Below, piece by piece: positions 17,642 to 25,632 of a DNA stretch of 32,000 bases. The stretch's first letter is position 1. Each line of letters begins with the position of its first letter. The translations under genes and the position numbers were made by a program. Under the pieces are notes generated by a model, which saw nothing but the letters and a program-made list of their open reading frames with translations, made no database searches and had not been told where the DNA came from. The DNA is from Pseudomonas sp. GWSMS-1 (GTDB taxonomy: Bacteria > Pseudomonadota > Gammaproteobacteria > Pseudomonadales > Pseudomonadaceae), in the NCBI RefSeq assembly GCF_049847425.1, contig NZ_JBMHHV010000005.1:1242791-1274790 (forward strand), in the 5' to 3' direction.

Positions 17642-18437
17642 TTTGATGGCGGAACTCAAGGAGCTGCGCCTGCACGGCATGGCCACGGCCTGGGCGGAGT
17701 TAACTGCACAGGGTGAGTCGAACACAGCCTCGTCCAAGTGGCTGCTCGAACACCTGCTGGAACAAGAGCACACAGATCGCGCCATGCGCTCGGTGAGCCA
17801 CCAGATGAACATGGCCAAGCTGCCGATGCACCGCGATCTGGCCAGCTTCGATTTCAACGCCTCTAGCGCCGACGCACGCCTGATCAGCGAGCTGGCCAGC
17901 CTGGCCTTTACCGACACCGCGCAGAACGTGGTGCTGATCGGTGGGCCAGGCACCGGTAAAACCCACCTAGCCACCGCGCTGGCCGTGTCCGGCATCACCC
18001 GGCACGGTAAGCGCGTGCGCTTCTACTCCACGGTCGATCTGGTCAATCTGCTGGAGCGCGAAAAACACGACGGCAAAGCCGGGCGGATCGCCCAGGCACT
18101 GCTGCGCATGGATCTGGTCATCCTCGACGAACTGGGTTATCTGCCGTTCAGCCAGGCTGGCGGTGCGTTGCTGTTTCACCTGCTGTCCAAGCTGTACGAA
18201 CACACCAGCGTGGTGATCACCACCAACCTGAGCTTCGCCGAATGGTCGAGCGTGTTCGGCGACGCCAAGATGACCACCGCCCTGCTGGATCGGCTGACCC
18301 ACCACTGCCACATCGTCGAAACCGGTAACGAGTCCTATCGCCTGCAACACAGTAGCTTGGCGGCCCAGGCCAAGATCAAATCACGGGAGCGAAAGCGTAA
18401 GGGCGGCCAAGAACCGGAGGACGATGAGCCGTTCTGA
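17634..18437 (+). CDS. istB: IS21-family helper ATPase IstB
   Basis: Walker A is [11 protein letters not shown] and Walker B is LVILDELGY. The ATG at 17634 overlaps the istA stop (ATGCGTGA), as is usual for IS21. The longer track ORF from 17610 is probably not used. Confidence 0.9.
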   Translation: MRDLMAELKELRLHGMATAWAELTAQGESNTASSKWLLEHLLEQEHTDRAMRSVSHQMNMAKLPMHRDLASFDFNASSADARLISELASLAFTDTAQNVVLIGGPGTGKTHLATALAVSGITRHGKRVRFYSTVDLVNLLEREKHDGKAGRIAQALLRMDLVILDELGYLPFSQAGGALLFHLLSKLYEHTSVVITTNLSFAEWSSVFGDAKMTTALLDRLTHHCHIVETGNESYRLQHSSLAAQAKIKSRERKRKGGQEPEDDEPF

Positions 18438-18631
18438 TTTCATGGCGACGACGGCCTGCTACATGGCTGCGTGTGGCAGGTCTTAAACAACTGAACTGGG
18501 CTAGCGAAGGAGTGGGGGCAACAGCAGCTGCGCTGGTAGACTTATCCACAGTTGCTGGTAACAAAATCAGCAATCCGCCCTGGGTCAAATTTCAATCGGC
18601 AGGGTGGGTCAATTTTCCATCAGCGCCAACA

Positions 18632-19540
18632 GCCCAGGTTCGTCTTTTAGTGCAGACGCTACCCTTGGTCGCGGTGGAAAACTGTTTTGCATTGAAAGGC
18701 GGAACCGCCATCAATCTATTCGTGCGCAATTTGCCCCGTCTTTCGGTTGATATCGACTTGGCTTACTTGCCGAATGCTTCACGGCAAGAAGCCTTAGATG
18801 ATGCGCGTGCAGCACTGGGCCGTATTGCAGCATCTGTCGAGCGGGGCATGCCAGGCGTCAAAGCCACTCTGCAAACCAATCGACCGGATGAGCTTCGCAT
18901 TCTTGTGCGCTCAGCAACGGCGCAGATCAAAGTCGAGGTTTCTCCGGTGCTGCGCGGTACTGTGCATCTGCCAGTGCAGCGGGATGTGGTCGCAGAAGTC
19001 GAGGATGAGTTTGGCTTTGCCAGTATGCCGGTCGTGTCTTTGCCGGATCTCTATGGAGGTAAAATCTGCGCTGCACTCGACCGTCAGCATCCTCGTGATC
19101 TGTTTGATGTGATGCTGATGCTCAGAGAGGAGGGACTTACGCGGGAAATCTTTGAAGGTTTTCTCGTGTATCTAATCAGCCATGGCCGACCGATGGCCGA
19201 TTTGCTGGAGCCACGCTGGAAACCTCTGAAGCAGATCTATCAGGCTGAGTTTTCTGGCATGACGCGCGAGACTATCGGTCTTGAGCAACTCGAAGCCACC
19301 CAGGCCGCGTTAATGGATGCCATCCGAGCGCAGATCGAGCAACGGGATGTCGGGTTTTTGTTATCACTTAAACGTGGCCAGCCAGACTGGTCGCTGCTCG
19401 ATCTGGCTGGTATTTCAGAGCTGCCAGCCGTTAACTGGAAACTAACAAATATTCGTGCAATGGCTGAGGGTAAGCGCGCAGAGTCCTTGGCTCGACTGGA
19501 GCAGGTTTTACTGCGTTTGATGGTGAAGTCTGGCCAGTAA
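18632..19540 (+). pseudogene. AbiEii/DUF1814-type nucleotidyltransferase toxin gene, 5' end replaced by the IS end
   Basis: FALKGGTAINLFVRNLPRLSVDIDLAYLP (NTase G-G/S...DxD motif) and the overall length fit AbiEii-family toxins. The native sequence starts mid-codon-string at the IS boundary, and no AbiEi antitoxin gene lies upstream. Confidence 0.65.
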
Positions 19541-19642
19541 ATCTCCGTGGTTCAAAGCTCCTCATAACGCATTTGTTGGAAACCCATCCCTGTACGGTTG
19601 GTTTATTTTTTGTTCTAAAAAAGCACTGAAAGTTTATTTTAG

Positions 19643-19661
19643 GTGGGTTTTATAAACCCAC
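19643..19661. promoter_or_regulatory. Perfect 8-bp-arm palindrome GTGGGTTT-TAT-AAACCCAC, 16 nt before the pglZ ATG
   Basis: Read directly. It sits in an AT-rich 136-bp spacer and overlaps the position where a promoter or operator for pglZ would lie. GGAGG follows at 19664-19668. Confidence 0.3.
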
Positions 19662-19676
19662 TGGAGGCGGTGATTG

Positions 19677-22298
19677 ATGTCTGAGCAGTCTGCACAAATC
19701 GAACGGATCATCGACGGCCTACAGCAGCAGTTTGCCGTCAGCCGAGTGGTTTGGTGGGAAGATCCGATGGGCGAGTTCAGCGAGACCTTGGAAGCGCTGA
19801 CCTTGCAGAATGTTCAGGTTTTGCGCCGCTCGAAGACGCCAGCGCTGGCGATCAAGCAACAGGTCGAGTTGCTGAATCCGAGTGGCCTTTTCCTTATTTA
19901 CGAAGACAGTCATCGCCCCGAGCCAGAGCAGGATTGGTTGCTGGATATTCGACTTTATGCCGCGCCATTTGCAGCGGATCGTACGTCCATGCTCTTGCAG
20001 GAACTGGGACTGCGTCAGCACAGTTTGCGTGAGCACCTGAAGCTGCGTAGTGCGTTCTTTGCCAGTAAAGATCGGGTAACCAAGCTCCAGCGACTGCTCA
20101 ATCCGGATGACGATGAGGCAGCGTTAGATCTGAAGATCCTCGCGGTATTGGCCAAGGTTGAGCAGGCTGAATTGTTTGCAGTGCTCACGGCTATTTTTGC
20201 CACCTTGGCCGAGGCCGAAGAACTTGAGAATAACCCTCTGTGGGAGTCGATCTGCAAGTTCGACATGCAACCGGTGTTCTGGCAGCTGATGTTGCAGGCC
20301 TTCGGTTATCAGAATGGCGAACCATCCCTGCGGCATTTCCTGGTGCGGTTGTTTGCAACTGATATCGGGCATGCCTTGCATACCCATGCCCCGACCAACC
20401 TCAAGGCCCTTCAGCTCAACCCCGCACGCGCTGCAAATGTCGCGGTCTTCTTGTCGCAGTGGCGCGACAGCACCTTGCGGCAGCGTGCATATGATCGTTT
20501 ATCGAAGCGGGTGGCGGCAGATTTGCGCCCGACAGAGTTGTTGGCTCAGGTGCCCTTGGAGGCACTGATGGCCGTCAGTACGTTTGTTGATGTTGAGCGC
20601 CAGATTGCCGAGCGTTTGCGAGATGCCGTGCTCTCTAATACCAGCGAAGCGGTTGGCCTGAAATTGCGGGATATGGCTAGCCGGCGCATGGATGGTTACT
20701 GGGCCAATCCTCGCTGGCCAGATAACGAGGACGCCAACCGTTCGGTGTGGTACGCCTACTACCGTTCGCTGATTGCAGCATCTGAACTGTTCGAGCTGAA
20801 GCTACGTTACGCCGGTGGTTTTTCTTTTGCTTCCGCTGAGGCCTGCTACAGCGCTTACACCGGTGAGCTTTATCGTTTCGATCAGCTCTACCGGATGTAT
20901 CACGAAGCCGCTGATGCTGTGTACGCACGTAGTCCGGACGCCTTGTCCCCGTTGACCTCCCGAGTTGAGCAGGACTACTTGAATGGCTTCCTGCAACCGC
21001 TGGCACAGAAGTGGGGCAGCTTCGTCGATGGCGGCCTGCTGCAACAGTGGCAATTGCCTGACCTACCCAATCAACAAAACTTCTATGCCGAGCAGGTGGA
21101 TCGCTATCTGAAAGGTGGCGAGGATCGTCGGGTGTTCGTGGTGATCAGCGATGCGCTGCGCTACGAGGTGGCTCAGGAGCTGAGTGAGTCGCTAAATGGT
21201 AAGTATCGGTTTGCCGCAGAGCTGAGCAGCCAACTGGGCGTGCTGCCGTCATACACCAAGCTCGGTATGGCCAGCCTGCTACCGCACAAGTCACTGAGCT
21301 ACACCGATACGGGCCTGGTGCAAGTGGATGGGCTGAGCAGTGATGGCCTGGAGGCTCGCAACAAAATCCTGTCCAGCGTAAATGGCTTTGCCCTGCGTGC
21401 CGAAGACTTCCTGACGATGAACAAGACCGATGGGCGAGAGCTGATCAAGCCTTACCGGGTGATTTATATCTATCACAACAAGATTGATGCCGTTGGCGAT
21501 ACCGCAAGCACTGAGAGCAGCACCTTCAGTGCTTGTCGCGATGCTATTGAAGAGTTGGAGTCTATTGTCAGTCGCATCATCAATAATCTGAACGGCCATC
21601 GGGTGTTGGTCACAGCGGATCACGGCTTCCTGTTCCAGGATTCAGCGCTTGAGGCTTTAGACAAGAGTAAGTTGGTCAGCAAGCCCTCTGGAGCTGTGGT
21701 CTCGAAAAAGCGCTACCTGATTGGTCGCAACCTGGGCAGTAGCGACCAGGTGCATGCTGGATACACCCGGAACACCGCAGGCATCAGCGATGACATGATG
21801 TTCTGGTCACCACGCGGGGTGAACCGTTTCCACTTTGTCGGTGGCGCACGGTTTATTCATGGCGGAGCTGCGTTGCAGGAAGTGGCTGTGCCAGTGCTCA
21901 AGGTGCAACAGGTGCGCGGCCCGAAGGCCAAAGACACGGCGGTGCGCAAGGCACAGGTCACGGTGCTGGGTAACAACTTCACTATCACCACCAACCGCTA
22001 TGTGTTCAACCTGTTGCAGACAGAGGCGGTCTCCGAGCGGGTGCTGCCGGCAGTGCTGCGCGTAGGACTATATGATGAAGCCGGAGAGGCGGTATCAGCG
22101 GTGGAGCTGGTTTCCCTGGACAGCGACTCGCAGAATCTTGACCAGCGCCAACGCAAGGTGATTCTGACGCTATTGAACCGTCCGTTCTCTTCCAGTGAGC
22201 GCTATTTCTTTAAGCTGCTAGACGCCGAAACTGACGTTGAGCAGTTCCGAATTGATGTCCGTATCAACCTGGCGATTAGCAATGACTTTGACTTCTGA
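19677..22298 (+). CDS. pglZ: BREX alkaline-phosphatase-superfamily protein PglZ
   Basis: 873 aa from the ATG at 19677. The core VFVVISDALRYE...HRVLVTADHGFLFQ is typical of the PglZ domain. The gene is directly followed by, and overlaps, a brxL start. Confidence 0.9.
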   Translation: MSEQSAQIERIIDGLQQQFAVSRVVWWEDPMGEFSETLEALTLQNVQVLRRSKTPALAIKQQVELLNPSGLFLIYEDSHRPEPEQDWLLDIRLYAAPFAADRTSMLLQELGLRQHSLREHLKLRSAFFASKDRVTKLQRLLNPDDDEAALDLKILAVLAKVEQAELFAVLTAIFATLAEAEELENNPLWESICKFDMQPVFWQLMLQAFGYQNGEPSLRHFLVRLFATDIGHALHTHAPTNLKALQLNPARAANVAVFLSQWRDSTLRQRAYDRLSKRVAADLRPTELLAQVPLEALMAVSTFVDVERQIAERLRDAVLSNTSEAVGLKLRDMASRRMDGYWANPRWPDNEDANRSVWYAYYRSLIAASELFELKLRYAGGFSFASAEACYSAYTGELYRFDQLYRMYHEAADAVYARSPDALSPLTSRVEQDYLNGFLQPLAQKWGSFVDGGLLQQWQLPDLPNQQNFYAEQVDRYLKGGEDRRVFVVISDALRYEVAQELSESLNGKYRFAAELSSQLGVLPSYTKLGMASLLPHKSLSYTDTGLVQVDGLSSDGLEARNKILSSVNGFALRAEDFLTMNKTDGRELIKPYRVIYIYHNKIDAVGDTASTESSTFSACRDAIEELESIVSRIINNLNGHRVLVTADHGFLFQDSALEALDKSKLVSKPSGAVVSKKRYLIGRNLGSSDQVHAGYTRNTAGISDDMMFWSPRGVNRFHFVGGARFIHGGAALQEVAVPVLKVQQVRGPKAKDTAVRKAQVTVLGNNFTITTNRYVFNLLQTEAVSERVLPAVLRVGLYDEAGEAVSAVELVSLDSDSQNLDQRQRKVILTLLNRPFSSSERYFFKLLDAETDVEQFRIDVRINLAISNDFDF

Positions 22299-22785
22299 TA
22301 GCGGCAATCTTGACCTGGATCTTGATGCTCTCCTGAACCGATTTTTTACCGGCAAAGTGGTGCGCAAGGATCTGACCAAGCGTTTGAAGGAAGGCATCAA
22401 CGTGCCGGTGTACGTGCTTGAGTATCTGCTCGGCATGTACTGCGCCTCGGACAACGAGGAGGTCATTGCCGATGGCTTGGAAACCGTTAAGCGTATCCTC
22501 GCTGAAAACTACGTTCGCCCCGACGAGGCCGAAAAGGTTAAGTCGAAGATCCGCGAGCGCGGTAGTTTCAAAATCATCGACAAGGTTTCAGTCAGCCTGA
22601 ACGAGCGTCGCGACATCTACCAAGCGCTATTCATGAACCTGGGTGTCAAAGATGCCGAGATCCCCAGTCGCTTTATCAAGGACTTCGAGAAGCTCCTCGC
22701 TGGTGGCATCTGGTGCATCGTGACCATGAATTATCACTTCGAGGAGGGTGGTAAAGGCTCGCCCTTCACTGTGCATGACCTCAAG
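22282..22785 (+). pseudogene. brxL: BREX Lon-like protease BrxL, N-terminal 168 codons only (cut by IS21 copy B)
   Basis: FTGKVVRKDLTKRLKEGINVPVYVLEYLLGMYCASD...NYVRPDEAEKVKSKIRERGSFKIIDKV matches the conserved BrxL N-terminus as I recall it. The reading frame runs into the IS and stops after 3 IS-encoded codons (22797). Confidence 0.85.
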
Positions 22786-22979
22786 TGTTGGCGCTGATGG
22801 AAAATTGACCCACCCTGCCGATTGAAATTTGACCCAGGGCGGATTGCTGATTTTGTTACCAGCAACTGTGGATAAGTCTACCAGCGCAGCTGCTGTTGCC
22901 CCCACTCCTTCGCTAGCCCAGTTCAGTTGTTTAAGACCTGCCACATGCAGCCATGTAGCAGGCCGTCGTCGCCATGAAA

Positions 22980-23783
22980 TCAGAACGGCTCATCGTCCTC
23001 CGGTTCTTGGCCGCCCTTACGCTTTCGCTCCCGTGATTTGATCTTGGCCTGGGCCGCCAAGCTACTGTGTTGCAGTCGATAGGACTCGTTACCGGTTTCG
23101 ACGATGTGGCAGTGGTGGGTCAGCCGATCCAGCAGGGCGGTGGTCATCTTGGCGTCGCCGAACACGCTCGACCATTCGGCGAAGCTCAGGTTGGTGGTGA
23201 TCACCACGCTGGTGTGTTCGTACAGCTTGGACAGCAGGTGAAACAGCAACGCACCGCCAGCCTGGCTGAACGGCAGATAACCCAGTTCGTCGAGGATGAC
23301 CAGATCCATGCGCAGCAGTGCCTGGGCGATCCGCCCGGCTTTGCCGTCGTGTTTTTCGCGCTCCAGCAGATTGACCAGATCGACCGTGGAGTAGAAGCGC
23401 ACGCGCTTACCGTGCCGGGTGATGCCGGACACGGCCAGCGCGGTGGCTAGGTGGGTTTTACCGGTGCCTGGCCCACCGATCAGCACCACGTTCTGCGCGG
23501 TGTCGGTAAAGCTCAGATTGGCCAGCTCGCTGATCAAGCGAGCGTCGGCGCTGGAGGCGCTGAAGTCGAAGCCGGCCAGATCGCGGTGCATCGGCAGCTT
23601 GGCCATGTTCATCTGGTGGCTCACCGAGCGCATGGCGCGATCTGTGTGCTCTTGTTCCAGCAGGTGTTCGAGCAGCCACTTGGACGAGGCTGTGTTCGAC
23701 TCACCCTGTGCAGTTAACTCCGCCCAGGCCGTGGCCATGCCGTGCAGGCGCAGCTCCTTGAGTTCCGCCATCAAATCACGCAT
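22980..23783 (-). CDS. istB: IS21-family helper ATPase IstB (copy B)
   Basis: Same protein as 17634-18437 apart from 4 substitutions (S/G, N/S, S/N, A/S) clustered in one short segment. Confidence 0.9.
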   Translation of the reverse strand: MRDLMAELKELRLHGMATAWAELTAQGESNTASSKWLLEHLLEQEHTDRAMRSVSHQMNMAKLPMHRDLAGFDFSASSADARLISELANLSFTDTAQNVVLIGGPGTGKTHLATALAVSGITRHGKRVRFYSTVDLVNLLEREKHDGKAGRIAQALLRMDLVILDELGYLPFSQAGGALLFHLLSKLYEHTSVVITTNLSFAEWSSVFGDAKMTTALLDRLTHHCHIVETGNESYRLQHSSLAAQAKIKSRERKRKGGQEPEDDEPF

Positions 23784-25284
23784 GACCGACCTCCTCGGCC
23801 TGGCCACGCAGGCGGTCGTAGCGCGCCGTGTTAGCGACGGGGGCTTCCTTGAGCGACAAGTGGGTTTCGACGCTGGGTGGTGGTTCGGATGCTGTCAGCC
23901 GTGCCACGACATTGAGGATGTGTTCGGCGCTCAGGCTGCCGCTCTCCAGTACCAGCTCAACGGCTACCAGCACGGCATCGAGTCCGGCGACCGGTACGGC
24001 AGCCAGGACTTGCGCCATGATCCGGTCACCGCCGGCATGACGCCCCAGACCGTGCTTAAGCTGACGCAGCGGCGCTGGCAGATCAGTAAAGGGCGCTCCG
24101 TTGCGCAGCGCGCCGGGCTTGCGCTCAATCAGCGGGATGTAGTGCTGCCAGTCGTAGCTGACCTGTTCGCGATCCAGCAAGCGCGCATGGCTGGCAATCA
24201 GCGCATCATCGGCCACCACCTCGATGCGGGTCGGATACAAACGGCTGCTGACCCACTTACCCGCGTACTCACACGGCACCGAGTAACGGTTGCGCCCGAC
24301 GCTGACCAGGCAGGTGCTGGAGACCCGCGCAGGCCGCTCGACGTAACCGTCGAATGGCGCTGGCACAGGCATCAGTTCGGCGCGCTCCAACTCCAGTACC
24401 TCGGCCACACTGAGCCCGCTGTATTGAGGGTGCGTCAGCTCGTTCCAAAGCGCGCGGCAGCGCTGGCCCAGCCAGGCATTGAGTTCCTCGAAGGAGTGAA
24501 ACTGGCAGTCCTGGGCGTCTAGCCAGATACGCCTGCGGCTGTCTTGCACGTTCTTTTCAACGATGCCCTTTTCCCAACCAGCGGCGACGTTGCAGAAGTC
24601 CGGATCGAACAGGTAATGCGCGCACATCACCGCAAAGCGCGCATTCACCGCCCGGCCTTTGCCCTTATTGACCTTGTCGACGGCGGTCTTCATGTTGTCG
24701 TAGATGCCCCGGCGCGGCACGCCGCCCAAGGAGCCGAACGAGCGTGTATGGGCGTCAAATAACATCTCATGGCCCTGGCTCGGATACGCCACAAGCCAGA
24801 ACGCACGGCTGGCACACAGCTTCAGATGTGCCACCTGCATACGCCGGTAAATGCCGCCGACCAGCAAGCCTTCCTCGCTCCAGTCAAACTGAAACGCCTC
24901 GCCAAGAGCAAAGGTCAGCGGCACAAAGGCCTGCGACGCCTTGCCCTGTCCCCCTCGCCAGGCACGGATAAACGCGGTGAGCTGGCTGTAGCCACCGTCA
25001 TAACCTTCGGCTTTGATTTGCGCCAACAGCGCCTTGGCACTGCGCCGCTGTTGCTTGGGCCGCAGCGAATCGGCTTTTAGCGCCTGCTCCAGCGTGGCGT
25101 GAAAAGGGCTGAGTTTGTTGAAGATCGCGCGGCGTTGGTAGACCGGCGGCTTGGCCTCAGGTGCTCTGACCCACTTGCGAATCGTGTTGCGCGCCAACCC
25201 GGTGCGCTTGGCTATCTCATGCAGCGACAGCTTGTCGCGGAAATACATCCGGCGGATTTTGCCCATCATTTCCATACTGATCAC
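23776..25284 (-). CDS. istA: IS21-family transposase IstA (copy B)
   Basis: Same 502-aa protein as 16133-17641 apart from MPMPAAF versus MPVPAPF. Confidence 0.9.
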   Translation of the reverse strand: MISMEMMGKIRRMYFRDKLSLHEIAKRTGLARNTIRKWVRAPEAKPPVYQRRAIFNKLSPFHATLEQALKADSLRPKQQRRSAKALLAQIKAEGYDGGYSQLTAFIRAWRGGQGKASQAFVPLTFALGEAFQFDWSEEGLLVGGIYRRMQVAHLKLCASRAFWLVAYPSQGHEMLFDAHTRSFGSLGGVPRRGIYDNMKTAVDKVNKGKGRAVNARFAVMCAHYLFDPDFCNVAAGWEKGIVEKNVQDSRRRIWLDAQDCQFHSFEELNAWLGQRCRALWNELTHPQYSGLSVAEVLELERAELMPVPAPFDGYVERPARVSSTCLVSVGRNRYSVPCEYAGKWVSSRLYPTRIEVVADDALIASHARLLDREQVSYDWQHYIPLIERKPGALRNGAPFTDLPAPLRQLKHGLGRHAGGDRIMAQVLAAVPVAGLDAVLVAVELVLESGSLSAEHILNVVARLTASEPPPSVETHLSLKEAPVANTARYDRLRGQAEEVGHA

Positions 25285-25632
25285 CCTGTGTTCTCCTGCT
25301 CAAAAATTGAGCAGAAGCAGTTGAACACCTGGGTCAGTTTTCAGTCGGCAGAACAGCCTCTACTGGGTCAGTTTTCGGTCAGCGGCAACACCCAATCGGC
25401 CAAAAGCAGCCTCCGACTAGGTATGTGCTTCCGACCCAAGGCAGATAATGTTGAGGAGCGCTTGATGATCATTTCCACATTGAGGCAGAGCTAGGTCGGC
25501 TAAGTGCATACTGTCGCTATGTCGCTGAAATGGATTAGAGGTGCTTTGACCACTGTCCTTGTTCAGCAGGCATAAACTAGGCGGCTCTACCGTAAAAATT
25601 CAGATGAACACTAACGTACAAGGACGCACGCA

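Larger units (their letters stand above)
16027..18631 (+). mobile_element. IS21-family insertion sequence, copy A (2605 bp)
   Basis: The ends are TGTTGCCGCTGACCGAAAACTGACCCA (left) and the reverse complement of TGTTGGCGCTGATGGAAAATTGACCCA (right). GAAAACTGACCCA-type subterminal repeats are reiterated. It carries istA and istB, and copy B gives the same boundaries. Confidence 0.9.
22786..25390 (-). mobile_element. IS21-family insertion sequence, copy B (2605 bp), inverted relative to copy A
   Basis: It has the same termini as copy A in reverse complement and the same length. The encoded IstA and IstB differ from copy A at 2 and 4 residues respectively. Confidence 0.9.

Noticed and set aside
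16895-17998. 367-aa ORF on the strand opposite to istA/istB, mirrored at 23419-24522
   Set aside because: It is entirely antisense to well-supported IS21 genes. It shows the Ala/Arg/Gly-rich composition typical of shadow frames in high-GC DNA and has no recognisable motifs.
18473-18631. Treating 18473-19540 as an intact 355-aa native gene
   Set aside because: The first 53 codons are IS sequence. The identical stretch recurs in mirror image at 22786-22944 in copy B, where it reads into unrelated DNA.
16027-25390. A bona fide composite transposon (IS21-BREX fragment-IS21) that inserted into xis
   Set aside because: The outer flanks (..ACGAAT and CCCAAT..) are not a direct repeat, and the sequence right of copy B does not continue the xis reading frame. 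A single clean transposition event is therefore not supported.
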